Positions 9,976-20,824 of a stretch of 64,000 nucleotides of DNA are shown one piece after another (positions within the stretch are counted from its first letter, which is position 1; the number at the start of each line of letters is the position of its first letter). Both the position numbers and the translations under genes were made by a program. Source of the DNA: Trichormus sp. ATA11-4-KO1 (lineage in GTDB: Bacteria > Cyanobacteriota > Cyanobacteriia > Cyanobacteriales > Nostocaceae). A model generated the notes under the pieces. That model had not been told where the DNA came from. It saw only the letters and a list, made by a program, of their open reading frames with translations, and ran no database searches. The stretch lies in assembly GCA_019358915.1 (NCBI GenBank), contig JAHHIM010000003.1, positions 1 through 64,000 of the forward strand, given 5' to 3'.

Positions 9976-10809
9976 TTGAATAAAGCCGGGTTTTCTGGAC
10001 AATCGCCAAATTTATCAGGTGCCTCTAGTGAAGATATTCCAGTTGCTTTACGCGATATTCCTGATGCCACACCCAAGCTACCTTTGCGAACCCTATTTTT
10101 ACTAGTTGGGGGAGTAGGGGGATTTATCCTGCTAGTTTTAATTACGGGTTTTTTGTTTTTCGTCACAGCACCTAAAAATACCGTTGATTCTTCATCTGCA
10201 TCGCCAAGTTCTACAACTGCACCAAATACAGAATCTAGTAATTCTGTCAATATCCCAGAGAATAACAGCAATGCTTTATTGGGACATTTGACATACCCAG
10301 AAGCACCAGAGTCAGAACTAGTAGCAATTACGGCAGATGGGCGGATGAGAATGCGAAAAGCAGCCGCACAAAGGTATCAGGCGATGGCACAAGCAGCGCG
10401 GAGTGCAGGTGTAATTTTAGTGCCAATTTCTGGTTTTCGTTCGGTGAAGGAGCAGGAGCAGTTATTTTTCGGTATTAGTGCTAGGCGCAATCAAACCCCA
10501 GCAGAACGAGCGGCTGTCAGTGCGCCGCCTGGGCATAGTGAACATCACACAGGTTACGCGGTGGATATCGGAGATGGTGCAGTACCAGCAACTAATCTCC
10601 AAACTAACTTTGAAAATACCAAAGCTTATAAGTGGCTAGAAGCAAATGCTGCCCGTTTTGGCTTTGAACTTTCTTTTCCCAAAGATAATCCCCAAGGTGT
10701 GAGTTATGAACCTTGGCACTGGCGTTTTGTCGGCGATCGCCATAGTTTGGAGTTATTCTACAAAGCTAAAAATTTGCCCCCATCTTCTACATCCCAATCA
10801 ACACCTTGA
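9976..10809 (+). CDS. M15B (VanY-like) D-Ala-D-Ala carboxypeptidase
   Basis: ISGFRS, SAPPGHSEHHTGYAVD, YEPWHWRFVG; N-terminal TM anchor. Confidence 0.93.
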   Translation: MNKAGFSGQSPNLSGASSEDIPVALRDIPDATPKLPLRTLFLLVGGVGGFILLVLITGFLFFVTAPKNTVDSSSASPSSTTAPNTESSNSVNIPENNSNALLGHLTYPEAPESELVAITADGRMRMRKAAAQRYQAMAQAARSAGVILVPISGFRSVKEQEQLFFGISARRNQTPAERAAVSAPPGHSEHHTGYAVDIGDGAVPATNLQTNFENTKAYKWLEANAARFGFELSFPKDNPQGVSYEPWHWRFVGDRHSLELFYKAKNLPPSSTSQSTP

Positions 10810-10858
10810 TCATGTTGCTCTGAGTTTTCCAATACTTGGATTAAATTCTACCAAGTAA

Positions 10859-11479
10859 TTATTGACATACAGAAGAACCAAACTCAGTTGGTTGATACTG
10901 CAACTGCCTAGTTTTGGCAGCCGCGATCAAAGCAGGTAATGTGAATACATAGTCTCGCTCTCGCACCTTTGTATGGCAACCAATGCAAGAGCCTTGATTA
11001 TCAGAAACCAAAGAACCAGATGGGCTGTACCAAGCAGATTGCCATTCACCACTATGGGGATCAATGTTCCATCCATTGCGTTTCTCTCGAATGAAAATAT
11101 TATTTAGCTGAGTCGGAGTTAAATTACCCTGATCACTCTGATTAGCTGAATAAGTTTCCATCACAATCACTGTATTACTGGGAACTACTTCACTTGTTGC
11201 AACCACATCCAAGGAATCATGGTTCACATACATTTGTCTCACAATTCGGCTGTTAGGACAGTCTACCGTAGCATAGTGCATAAACTTTTGTTGATAGTTA
11301 ACTGGAAATTGCACAGGTGAAGTAATGGCTACAGCAAAATTGCCCTGAGTATATCCATTGCCTGAAAGTCGGTAAGGGAAAAAAGAAATGAGATGCGCTA
11401 GTACGATCGCAACCGCAATTGAGCTGATAAATAATATGAGCAATAAAAACCATTTGTGCTGTTTCATTTTCCTCTTCAT
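10859..11479 (-). CDS. Cytochrome P460 superfamily protein (c'-beta-like)
   Basis: C-terminal CIGCH heme-binding motif followed by DYVF; NTVIVME strand; GEW; N-terminal signal/anchor. Confidence 0.8.
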   Translation of the reverse strand: MKRKMKQHKWFLLLILFISSIAVAIVLAHLISFFPYRLSGNGYTQGNFAVAITSPVQFPVNYQQKFMHYATVDCPNSRIVRQMYVNHDSLDVVATSEVVPSNTVIVMETYSANQSDQGNLTPTQLNNIFIREKRNGWNIDPHSGEWQSAWYSPSGSLVSDNQGSCIGCHTKVRERDYVFTLPALIAAAKTRQLQYQPTEFGSSVCQ

Positions 11480-11482
11480 CCC

Positions 11483-12826
11483 CTATGGAACTAACACCAT
11501 TGAATGTGCCCCCCGTGTAACTGTGATTGAGTAACGTGTCTGAACCAGTTGCGGTTGAGGGTTGAGTGGATCAGTTGCAATTCGCCAAAAATCGATAGAA
11601 CTTCCTGGCATTCGGTCATCAAAATTGTCAAAACTAACTACAGCAAGATATTGGCTGGAGGCATCAAAAGCCGCAGCCTCTGGCAAAATTCCATCAAAAG
11701 CGTAGTCGGCAACATGATTTAATTGCCCCATTTGCGGATCTAATGTGAAAAAACTCAATGATGAGAACCAAGTAATGCGATCGTCATCGTAGGGCAAATA
11801 GCTCCGCTCTAAATTAGTTGTGACTACATATTTCCCATTCGGGCTAACAGCTAATCCTTCAGGACTTACTCCTGTCATAGCTCGCGAAACCAGGGCATGG
11901 CGAGGAGAACCATCCGCCTGAGTTCCTGCTTCTAAGCGAATGCTGACAACACTACCACGAGGAGCTTCAGACCACGTTCCTTCGACATCTGCTCCCCAAT
12001 AAAGATTGTTCACAATGACATGGCGACCATCTGGGGTAAATCGAGCCATGTAAGGAGCCTTCTCAATTTGCACGATATTTCCCCAAGGTTCCAGCGTCAG
12101 GTTAGCACCTTGACGCATCACTTTAGTAAATGACACTGCCGCAGTAGTTTCATTCACAAGTGCTAGCACATCTTGAGTTGGGTGCCATTCTGCATGGATC
12201 AGCCGTTGTTCTAAAGGTAAGCTAGGCACTGAAGGATAAATGGGTTGTCCGAGTCGCCCTTCAGTGAAGGGAATCAGTGCTAAAGGAGTTGTTTTACCAG
12301 CACCTTCTGGATCAAAAGTGACTGCTACCAGAGAGCCATCTGCATTCACACTGACAGAGCCAGGGCGCTCTGCAATTTCCATATCTTGAACCAGTGTGGG
12401 TTTTGTAGGGTCTGCTAGGTCAAACACTTGAATGCGATTTCCATGCCGTAAATCAGCAAAGGTTTGTTTTTGCCAATTACCTTCGGGACGTTGTGTCAAG
12501 GTTTCAACAACAAATGCGTAACGACCATCAGGCGTTACATCAACGACAACAGGTGGCCCTGCCACAGAATTACTGGCCTCAGTTTCATAAACTTTCAGGT
12601 CTCTTACATGACCTCCAAGAGGAATGACGCTCAGTGCATCTCGCCCTTCAGGGGGTCCAAGTCTGCCATCTACATATGCTGATGCCAGCATATCGGCATC
12701 TGAAACAGAGATGAAATAGCGTCCTTGAAAATCAAATGGTGCTGCACGGTCTAGCTTCTGGGCTATAACTATTCCAGGCATTGCTGTCAATGTTACCAGT
12801 CCCAGAGCAAGCAGTCGTCGATACAT
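11483..12826 (-). CDS. Secreted beta-propeller protein (lactonase/YVTN-like)
   Basis: Signal peptide; repeated blades VTPDGRYA, FTPDGRHV, PEGLAVSPNGKYV, FDASSQYL. Confidence 0.8.
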   Translation of the reverse strand: MYRRLLALGLVTLTAMPGIVIAQKLDRAAPFDFQGRYFISVSDADMLASAYVDGRLGPPEGRDALSVIPLGGHVRDLKVYETEASNSVAGPPVVVDVTPDGRYAFVVETLTQRPEGNWQKQTFADLRHGNRIQVFDLADPTKPTLVQDMEIAERPGSVSVNADGSLVAVTFDPEGAGKTTPLALIPFTEGRLGQPIYPSVPSLPLEQRLIHAEWHPTQDVLALVNETTAAVSFTKVMRQGANLTLEPWGNIVQIEKAPYMARFTPDGRHVIVNNLYWGADVEGTWSEAPRGSVVSIRLEAGTQADGSPRHALVSRAMTGVSPEGLAVSPNGKYVVTTNLERSYLPYDDDRITWFSSLSFFTLDPQMGQLNHVADYAFDGILPEAAAFDASSQYLAVVSFDNFDDRMPGSSIDFWRIATDPLNPQPQLVQTRYSITVTRGAHSMVLVP

Positions 12827-12838
12827 TATTTTCTATTA

Positions 12839-12868
12839 AGTATAGTAAAACACTCGTTTTACTATACT
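12839..12868. promoter_or_regulatory. Putative TetR operator
   Basis: Perfect inverted repeat AGTATAGTAAAAC-actc-GTTTTACTATACT between divergent genes; a degenerate copy TAAAAC-tatc-GTTTCACTA at 12917-12935 overlaps the tetR start. Confidence 0.75.
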
Positions 12869-12934
12869 GTATCTTCGTCAACGATGGGGAGTATGATAAG
12901 GGAGGTATAAGCAAAATAAAACTATCGTTTCACT

Positions 12935-13561
12935 ATGGGGCTGGCACGTTATCGCGCGGAAATTAGTCGCCAAAAGCAAGAAGCAATTCTCAAGGCGGCT
13001 TTAGATGCTTTTTTGGAGTTTGGGTACGATCGCACTACCATTGACTACGTGGCACAACAGGCAGAAGTTTCCACAGCTACTTTATATAAGCACTTCCCCA
13101 GCAAAGCTGATTTGTTTGGCGGCATCATGGCGCAGATATGGATGACTGATGAAATTAGTGCTGTGCCGATTAAACCCGATCTACCTCCTAGAAATGCTTT
13201 GATAAATATTGGTCGAGAGTATGCTCAGCTATTAAATAGTCCGACAATTCAGCCACTGTTTCGCCTGATCATTGCGGAAGCCCCCCGGTTTCCAGAACTG
13301 GGAACTGAACTTTACCATCGTGGCAAAGAGCCATTTCTCAAACGTCTCAATGCTTATCTAGAAGCTCAAGTGACATCTGGTAATTTAGTCATTACAGATA
13401 TTCCCATCGCCACTCGACAGTTTCTAGGGATGATCAATGACATCATCTTTTGGCCCCGATTCTTGATCGTGGATCTGAAAATGAGTGAGAGTGAAATTGA
13501 GAATGTGATTGTCAATGCGGTAGAAACTTTTCTGGCTCGTTATTCGGCTAAAGTAGACTGA
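12935..13561 (+). CDS. TetR/AcrR family transcriptional regulator
   Basis: HTH AILKAALDAF..GYDRTT..VA..AEVSTATLYKHFPSKADLF; RLIIAEAPRFPEL C-domain. Confidence 0.95.
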   Translation: MGLARYRAEISRQKQEAILKAALDAFLEFGYDRTTIDYVAQQAEVSTATLYKHFPSKADLFGGIMAQIWMTDEISAVPIKPDLPPRNALINIGREYAQLLNSPTIQPLFRLIIAEAPRFPELGTELYHRGKEPFLKRLNAYLEAQVTSGNLVITDIPIATRQFLGMINDIIFWPRFLIVDLKMSESEIENVIVNAVETFLARYSAKVD

Positions 13562-13936
13562 AATCTTGACCGCATTGGGAACTTAGACATCTTTAGATGA
13601 ATTTTGCCATTAGCCTGATGTTTCTAAAGATCAGGCAGCTTTTGATGCTGGTGCAAGATATAACTCCCTCCTAAAGTAATTCTTGACGATGCTGTTCACA
13701 TGCCAGATAACTTGTTGCATTTTAATTTCATCAAAATTATCTATAATAAAATGCCTAAATAGAAATTAAACTAATAACCATTCAATTTATTTAGTTGCTG
13801 TAAACAAATACAGAACCTCTGGAAGCAGTCTGGCTAGTTCTTTATATACAACAACTTCTTCTAAATTTTATGCAATTTTATTATGAATAACAATAACATG
13901 TACTTAAAAAATACTTACACTATATTTTATGGTCTC

Positions 13937-13955
13937 TTGATAAAGACTCTCAATT
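13937..13955 (+). promoter_or_regulatory. Putative Fur box upstream of exbBD
   Basis: TTGATAAAGACTCTCAATT resembles GATAATGATAATCATTATC-type iron boxes; context is consistent. Confidence 0.5.
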
Positions 13956-14011
13956 TGCCCAAAGAGTCTGGTAATCTAGCTGTGTATTATTGTTTTATGG
14001 CGAGGCGCTAA

Positions 14012-14665
14012 ATGGGAATTAATAGTCTGTTTACGGCAGGCGGCGTAGTAATGTGGCCCTTGTTTGGGTTTTCTGTGTTGGCGGTGGCACTGATTATTGA
14101 ACGTATCCGGTTTTGGGTCAGAATCAATAATCGTCAAAGCCGTGTAGTTAGAGATGTGTTGAATCTTTATCGGCTAGATAACGTAGTAGGTGCAATAGAT
14201 AAACTACAGAAAAATGCCGATTTGCCCTTGGCACGCATTTTTCTGGCGGCGTTGGAATTAGAAGAACCGAATCCTGAAGAGTTTCGTTTGGCGTTAGAAA
14301 GTGAGGCGCAAGCGGAGATACCTTTGCTCAAACGCTTTCAAAACATCTTTGAGACAATTATCGGTCTGGCACCACTATTAGGTTTACTTGGTACTGTATT
14401 GGGATTGATTACTTCCTTTGCCTCGCTGGATATCGGTGATGTGGGAGGTACAAAAACGGCAGGTGTCACGGCTGGGATAAGTGAAGCGTTAGTGTCTACC
14501 GCAGCAGGATTGGTAGTTGCTATATTTACACTTTTATTTGCCAACTCCTTTCGGGGACTGTATGTACGACAAATGGCGCTCATTCAGGAGTATGGGGGAC
14601 AACTAGAATTACTTTACCGCCGACGCTACGAACGAGGAGAGAAAAGCTATGCGTCTACCAGATGA
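14012..14665 (+). CDS. exbB: MotA/TolQ/ExbB proton channel protein
   Basis: GGVVMWPL, APLLGLLGTVLGLI, GISEALVSTAAGL motifs. Confidence 0.93.
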   Translation: MGINSLFTAGGVVMWPLFGFSVLAVALIIERIRFWVRINNRQSRVVRDVLNLYRLDNVVGAIDKLQKNADLPLARIFLAALELEEPNPEEFRLALESEAQAEIPLLKRFQNIFETIIGLAPLLGLLGTVLGLITSFASLDIGDVGGTKTAGVTAGISEALVSTAAGLVVAIFTLLFANSFRGLYVRQMALIQEYGGQLELLYRRRYERGEKSYASTR

Positions 14666-15053
14666 AGCAGATATCCCAGCACAAATCAACATCTTACCGA
14701 TGATTGACGTGATCTTTGCGATTCTCACGTTTTTTATCATGTCAACGCTGTTTTTAACCAGGTCGGAGGGCTTACCAGTTAATTTACCTAAGGCGACGAC
14801 AGCAATACGACAGCAAGTTTCTACTAAAATTACCATCACGTTAGATGAAAGTGGAATGATTAGCCTCAATCGTCAACCAGTCCTAGTTGATTCATTAGCA
14901 GAACAACTACGTACTTTGATTGGTTCTAACACAGAAGCGTTGGTAATTATTAATGCTGATGAGAAAGTAGGGCATGGTCAGGTAGTAGAGGTGATGGATA
15001 AGGTACGTCAGGTAAAGGGAGCAAAGTTAGCGATTTCTACTCAAAAATCCTAA
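14649..15053 (+). CDS. exbD: ExbD/TolR biopolymer transport protein
   Basis: INILPMIDVIFAILTFF, VNLPKA, INADEKV.HGQVV.VMD; overlaps exbB. Confidence 0.93.
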   Translation: MRLPDEADIPAQINILPMIDVIFAILTFFIMSTLFLTRSEGLPVNLPKATTAIRQQVSTKITITLDESGMISLNRQPVLVDSLAEQLRTLIGSNTEALVIINADEKVGHGQVVEVMDKVRQVKGAKLAISTQKS

Positions 15054-15086
15054 GTACCCAAGTAATTACACCCCTCTCCACGTACT

Positions 15087-15112
15087 GATACAGCTGTTCA
15101 TTCAGCTGTATC
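15087..15112. terminator. Hairpin between convergent exbD and alaS
   Basis: GATACAGCTG-ttcatt-CAGCTGTATC perfect 10-bp stem. Confidence 0.5.
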
Positions 15113-15138
15113 TCATGCTCCTGATTTCTGCATGTACC

Positions 15139-15228
15139 TCACCTAACTGCAAAACCTGTAATCATTTGTACCGCCGTAATGAGTTGTTCCAAGGTGATTG
15201 GAATTGATACCATGTCGGTAGCTATCAT
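15139..15228 (-). pseudogene. Possible truncated small-protein gene remnant
   Basis: MIATDMVSIPITLEQLITAVQ then apparent junction to repeat-like sequence and stop; 29 aa. Confidence 0.3.
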
Positions 15229-15348
15229 GATCGTTTCTTAAATTGTAGTGCGATTTAAAAATATCAAAGGCAGGCAAGACTTGGCGTGAGCTTCATCGAT
15301 AGCGCGCATGGCGTAGCCATATGCTGCCCGCCCCACAAGAGAATACAA

Positions 15349-17991
15349 TTAACTCAAAGCTGACATCAAATCACTCTGCGCCTTTGCCAACGCTTCTGGT
15401 AATTTACTCGCATCACGTCCGCCGGCTTGGGCTAAGTTTGGTCTACCACCACCGCCACCGCCGCAAATTTTCGCGATCGCACCGACAAATTTACCCGCTT
15501 GTAGTCCCTTTTTATTCACCTCTGCACTGAAGGCTGCAACTATACTCACCTTCCCAGCTTCAGGAATAGAACCCAACACCACTGCACCGTTACCGATTTT
15601 TTGCAGTAACCTTTCCGCCGCAGTTTTCAATGATTCGGGGTCAATATCTTCCATTTGCGCTACCAAAATTTGATAATCGCCCACAGATTCTACTGATTGC
15701 AGCAAGCTGTCTGATTTAGCGATCGCCAGTTGTGATTTCAGGGTTGCTAGTTGTTTTTCAGCGTTTCTCAATTCAGTTTGCAGTGTGGTAATTCTCTCTG
15801 GTAATTCTTCGGGTTTAACTTTAAAGCGATCGCTTAAATCTTTGACTACTTTATCGCGAACATTGAGATAATCGAGTATTGCTGGGCCAGACACAGCCTC
15901 AATGCGTCGTACCCCAGACGCTACACCAGCCTCAGAAATAATCTTAAATATGCCAATCTCCGCAGTATTACTGACATGAGTTCCACCGCAGAGTTCCATA
16001 GATACGCTAGGAAAGTCAATCACGCGGACTTCTTCGCCGTATTTTTCTCCGAACATGGCCACAGCACCTCTAGCCTTGGCTTCTGCTAAAGGTAATATTT
16101 CTACGTTCGCCGGATGGGCTTCGGCAATCCAAGTATTCACCTGTTCCTCAACTTGCTGGACTTCTTCTGGTGTCAAAGCACGGGGACAGTTGAAGTCAAA
16201 GCGCAATCTATCAAAGGAAACTAGGGAACCGGCTTGAGATATACCATCATCGACAATTTTCTTTAACGCTGCTTGTAATAGATGCGTTGCAGTATGGTTA
16301 GCTTGGGCGCGACGACGACAAGCCCGATCTATTTGAGCAGTCACAGCATCTCCTACTCGGATTGTACCGCGTTCGATGCGTCCAAAGTGGATAAAGAAAT
16401 CAGATTCTTTTTTCACATCTTCCACGCGCACCACCACACCATCACCGGAGATATAACCGCGATCGCCTATTTGTCCGCCGGATTCGGCATAAAACGGGGT
16501 TTGGTTGAGAACAATTTGCACTTCTGTGCCGGCTTCTGCTGCTTCTTGGGAAATGCCATCTATTAATATGGCTTCAACGTTGGCTGTAGTTGCAGGTTGG
16601 GTATAACCGATAAATTCGGTGGCGTGGATGTGTTCGGCTAACTTATCTAAAGAACCTTGTACAGTTAAATCAATGGTTTCGTGGGCAGCTTTGGCACGTT
16701 CCACCTGCTTTTGCATTTCGGCATCAAATCCCGCTTCATCAACGCTTAGGTGATTTTCTTCCGCGATTTCTTGGGTCAGTTCTAACGGGAAACCAAAGGT
16801 ATCGTATAAGGTGAAGGCACTTTCACCACTAATTTGGGTTTTATTTTGCTGTTTTACCTCTTGGATGACTTCTGCTAACAGTTTCTCACCCCTATCTAGA
16901 GTTTTCAGGAAGTTGGTTTCTTCTCGTTGCAGTTCAGCTTTAATAGCCGCTTCCCGTTGGCGCACATTGGGGTAAGCTGATTCCGAAAGCGCGATCGCAG
17001 TTTCGGCAACTTGGTTAATAAATTCACCAGTAATGCCAATTAATCGCCCATGACGTACTACCCGCCGAATTAATCGCCGCAGCACATAACCCCGTCCGAC
17101 GTTGGAGGCGCGAATTTCATCGGCAATCATGTGAACAACAGAACGCACATGATCACCAATGACTTTTAGGGAAACTTGGATTTTCTCGTCGCTGCTGTGG
17201 TAATCAATCCCCGCAATTTGGGCGGCTGTTTGAATAATCGGGAAAATCAGGTCAGTTTCGTAGTTATTCGGCACTTGTTGAAGGATTTGCGCCATCCTTT
17301 CCAAACCCATGCCAGTATCGATATTCTTATTTTGCAACGGTGTCAAGTTACCTGATGCATCCCGGTTATATTGCATGAAGACGAGGTTATAAAATTCGAT
17401 AAACCGGGTATCGTCTTCTAAATCGATGTTTTCATCACCGCGTTCCGGGTGGAAGTCATAATAAATTTCCGAACAAGGGCCACAAGGGCCTGTGGGGCCA
17501 GATACCCAAAAGTTATCGTCTTCGCCCATGCGCTTAATTCTGGCTGCTGGTACGCCAATTTGATCGCGCCAAATATTATAAGCTTCGTCATCTTCTTCAA
17601 AAACGCTGACTACCAGACGTTCTGGTGGTAAACCAAAGACTTCAGTTGATAATTCCCATCCCCAGGCGATCGCTTGTTCTTTAAAATAATCACCAAAGCT
17701 AAAGTTACCCAACATCTCAAAAAAAGTATGATGGCGTTTGGTGCGTCCGACGTTTTCGATGTCGTTGGTACGGATGCACTTTTGGGATGTGGTAGCCCGA
17801 TTAAATTCTGGTGTGCGCTGTCCCAGGAATATTGGTTTAAATGGTAGCATCCCCGCGATCGTCAGCAGCACGGTTGGATCTTCTGGTACGAGGGAAGCGC
17901 TGGGGAGAGTCTGGTGTCCGCGCCCAGCAAAGAAGTTAAGGAATAAGTTGCGAATTTCGTTACCGCTAAGTTTCTGGGGATTGTCAGGCAT
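15349..17991 (-). CDS. alaS: Alanine--tRNA ligase
   Basis: [50 protein letters not shown]. Confidence 0.99.
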   Translation of the reverse strand: MPDNPQKLSGNEIRNLFLNFFAGRGHQTLPSASLVPEDPTVLLTIAGMLPFKPIFLGQRTPEFNRATTSQKCIRTNDIENVGRTKRHHTFFEMLGNFSFGDYFKEQAIAWGWELSTEVFGLPPERLVVSVFEEDDEAYNIWRDQIGVPAARIKRMGEDDNFWVSGPTGPCGPCSEIYYDFHPERGDENIDLEDDTRFIEFYNLVFMQYNRDASGNLTPLQNKNIDTGMGLERMAQILQQVPNNYETDLIFPIIQTAAQIAGIDYHSSDEKIQVSLKVIGDHVRSVVHMIADEIRASNVGRGYVLRRLIRRVVRHGRLIGITGEFINQVAETAIALSESAYPNVRQREAAIKAELQREETNFLKTLDRGEKLLAEVIQEVKQQNKTQISGESAFTLYDTFGFPLELTQEIAEENHLSVDEAGFDAEMQKQVERAKAAHETIDLTVQGSLDKLAEHIHATEFIGYTQPATTANVEAILIDGISQEAAEAGTEVQIVLNQTPFYAESGGQIGDRGYISGDGVVVRVEDVKKESDFFIHFGRIERGTIRVGDAVTAQIDRACRRRAQANHTATHLLQAALKKIVDDGISQAGSLVSFDRLRFDFNCPRALTPEEVQQVEEQVNTWIAEAHPANVEILPLAEAKARGAVAMFGEKYGEEVRVIDFPSVSMELCGGTHVSNTAEIGIFKIISEAGVASGVRRIEAVSGPAILDYLNVRDKVVKDLSDRFKVKPEELPERITTLQTELRNAEKQLATLKSQLAIAKSDSLLQSVESVGDYQILVAQMEDIDPESLKTAAERLLQKIGNGAVVLGSIPEAGKVSIVAAFSAEVNKKGLQAGKFVGAIAKICGGGGGGRPNLAQAGGRDASKLPEALAKAQSDLMSALS

Positions 17992-18319
17992 GGGTGGAAA
18001 AAGTAGGATTAATCAATTGAGGAACGTCCGCAGAGGATAGTTTGTCTCTTTTACAGACAAAGTATGCCGTAAGTGAGTTGCTGCTGGGACAGTTATCTAC
18101 TAGGCGTATTTCCATAAGTAGCTTTATATATGTATTTTTGCATTTTGTTTCAGTTTGCTGCCAGAATTTTTTGCCATTCAGCAATTATGTGCAGTGATTG
18201 TGTAATTCTCTATCTGTGAATTCCCCAATTGCCTAACTCTAGTAAGATGTGCGATCGCACTCTGCATCAATAATATGGGAATAATTAGCAAAAATAAGAC
18301 TCATATACTGAGGTAAGTA

Positions 18320-18520
18320 ATGGCACTAAAATTAAAAGTTCCAGATATAGCCTGTGAAGATTGTGCAGCAAAAATTACTGAATCTATCCATGTCATGGAA
18401 CCTCATGCGCTGGTGGATGTGGATGTTCCAGACAAAACAGTTACTGTGGAATCTTCGGCTTCTGAGGAATCTATCAAACAGGTAATTGTTGCTGCTGGTT
18501 ATAAAATAGAAGGCTATTGA
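18320..18520 (+). CDS. atx1: Atx1/CopZ-like heavy-metal (copper) chaperone
   Basis: VPDIACEDC metal-binding motif, 66 aa, ends AAGY; RBS GAGG. Confidence 0.88.
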   Translation: MALKLKVPDIACEDCAAKITESIHVMEPHALVDVDVPDKTVTVESSASEESIKQVIVAAGYKIEGY

Positions 18521-19292
18521 TTATAGCCTGACTCTTTCAAAATTACTTAGATATAGAACTAGCTATATCAAAATAAGTTAACCTTGATATTTCCGCTCAT
18601 TCAATGGGCGGAATCGTATTTATTTAAATATTTTATAATATTATATTTTAATTAGTTTTATCTTGATTATTTAGGCATCTTTACCAGGCACTTTGACAAA
18701 ATTTTAAAAATCCCAAGCAAATTAAATATACAAGCAAAAGCTACCGCATTCAGATCAAGTCTAATTACTCAGCACTTGCTTGAACTGCCTTATACTACTG
18801 CTAAACGCCGAAAAAGCATCTTTTCCCAAGAAAAATACTCTGTTATGTCAGGTATATAAAATTTCCTGTATATATAAGACATCTCGGTTTTTACGGAGAA
18901 AAAGAAAATTTTATATTTTTTTCAACATTAGATGTAGGTAAAAATTTGTCCTTTTTAAAGTTGATGTAAATACAAATATTCCGCTTGGATAATGCTCGGA
19001 AATAACTCATATCTGTAAATCACAGTAATACTTTTAAAAACAGGAAAAATATTCCGTGTTTTTACTGTTTTAAAAAAAATAAGAAAAGGCAGACAGTAAT
19101 TATGAGAACTTTAAGTTACTCAAGTTTAACTAAACCTAGGTATTAAGAGGAGATTAAAATTTGTAGACAGTGATATATTTAGCGTCGATACTATTAAATA
19201 TGGGGTAATAACCCTATGTTAGAAATACCGATATATTTAATACTCGGAAAAACCAGCAAGTTTTAGCTTGAAATAGGGCAGAAAGCACAGCA

Positions 19293-20318
19293 ATGAATAT
19301 TTCTATTCTGGTCTTTGGAAGTAAGAACTTTCTCGCTACACTTCCCGATCAGATCCTTGATGCAACCGCTTTTAGTATAGAAGTTATCATGGATGTCAAT
19401 CAGGCAGTTTCGCACATGCAAATTACACCGCCAGATGTAATACTTGTACAGGCTAGTTTGAATGGCAGTATGGAACTGTGTCGTTGGCTGAAAGACCAGA
19501 CCCAGCTATCCTGGATATACTGTATTCTTTTAGAAGATCGTCCCCAACAGCTAGCAGCGAGAAATCAGCATGACTGGGAATGGGAATTAGAAATGACTGC
19601 CAATGCACTCAGGCAAGGATCTGATGCTTATATTTGGCAGCTTCCTGAGACAAAAACAGACCGAAGTTTCACAAGCATGACGGCAAATCACGGTCTATTA
19701 CTAGCCCAATTGACAGTCGGCATACGAAAAGCGCAAAAATACCGTGATTTGCTGCGGACAAATGATGTATTGTCAGCGATCGCCTTAGCTGATTCCTTGA
19801 CAGACATGAATAATCGCCGGGCTTTGGAATGGGAATTACCCAGACAAATTAAAAAAGCACGGACTCAAGGAACTCCCTTGAGTGTAATTATTTTAGATGT
19901 AGACTATTTCAAACAAGTTAACGATACCTATGGTCATTTAGTTGGCGATCGCCTCTTGCAATTACTATGTAGCCGTCTGCGGCATAATCTGCGGTTTCAA
20001 GATACTCCATTCCGTTATGGTGGAGAGGAATTCGTGGTGATTTTAGCTAACACTAATGGCGAGGAAGCATTGCTAGTGGCAGAGCGTCTCAACCGTGTAG
20101 TTAGTGAGAAACAGTTTACAATCAACAGTAAACTAACTATTAATATCACGATTAGCCTAGGTGCTGCGTGTCTGCAAGAACAAGATGATGATAATGGCTT
20201 CAACCTATTGCATCGTGCCGATCAATACTTGTTGCAAGCTAAAGCTACTGGACGAAATAAAGCTGTTGGGCGTGATTACTCATCCTCGGTTTCGCATCTT
20301 AGAGCAGTTTCATCTTAA
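19293..20318 (+). CDS. Diguanylate cyclase (pseudo-receiver + GGDEF)
   Basis: DVDYFKQVNDTYGHLVGD, I-site RFQD, RYGGEEF. Confidence 0.93.
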   Translation: MNISILVFGSKNFLATLPDQILDATAFSIEVIMDVNQAVSHMQITPPDVILVQASLNGSMELCRWLKDQTQLSWIYCILLEDRPQQLAARNQHDWEWELEMTANALRQGSDAYIWQLPETKTDRSFTSMTANHGLLLAQLTVGIRKAQKYRDLLRTNDVLSAIALADSLTDMNNRRALEWELPRQIKKARTQGTPLSVIILDVDYFKQVNDTYGHLVGDRLLQLLCSRLRHNLRFQDTPFRYGGEEFVVILANTNGEEALLVAERLNRVVSEKQFTINSKLTINITISLGAACLQEQDDDNGFNLLHRADQYLLQAKATGRNKAVGRDYSSSVSHLRAVSS

Positions 20319-20387
20319 ACAGCGCTGAGTGCTGAGTTTAATACTGATGATATAAACTACAACACAGTATACTTATTCATCCTTCTT

Positions 20388-20411
20388 CACTTCGGCCACG
20401 CTCAGTACAAG
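20388..20411 (-). repeat. 24-nt SDR1-like small dispersed repeat
   Basis: CTTGTACTGAGCGTGGCCGAAGTG; related copy CTTGCCCTGAGCGAAGTCGAAGGG at 34924-34947. Confidence 0.6.
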
Positions 20412-20525
20412 CCCCCTGACTCCAACAGCACTTCCTTTTTGTTGAATTGTGGATTTCCCCAAAGTTTTGACTTCTACCTTGCGGCGCTAGCTTCTCCCCA
20501 AAATTCTCTAGAAAGTAAAAAATTG

Positions 20526-20765
20526 TTTTCCCCAACTACTACTGCCATAATTATTGAGTGATTGAGGCAAAATATTAAGCAAAGTATAAAAACTGATTAA
20601 ATTTAACTACTTCTGTGGAAAAATCATTATTTGTTGGGGAAAACTTGATTAAGTATTATTACCCTGTGGAAAAAATAGGGGGTTTTTCCACAAGTTTTCC
20701 ACAGATATTAACCGACTCAACCATTCTTTCGCCAGACTTATGGCAAGTTTTCCACAGTTTCCACA
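20526..20765. other. Putative chromosomal replication origin (oriC), DnaA-box cluster
   Basis: Five perfect cyanobacterial DnaA boxes TTTTCCACA (20614-22 rev, 20665-73 rev, 20684-92, 20695-703, 20748-56) plus 1-mismatch boxes (20526-34, 20635-43, 20757-65), directly upstream of dnaN. Confidence 0.8.
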
Positions 20766-20824
20766 ATTCTGATAAATATCTATGATTTGATTAATAAAAG
20801 CAACGTACCACTCCCCACTCCTCT

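Noticed and set aside
13562..14011. Cobalamin riboswitch upstream of exbBD
   Set aside because: No B12-box or conserved core motifs recognisable.
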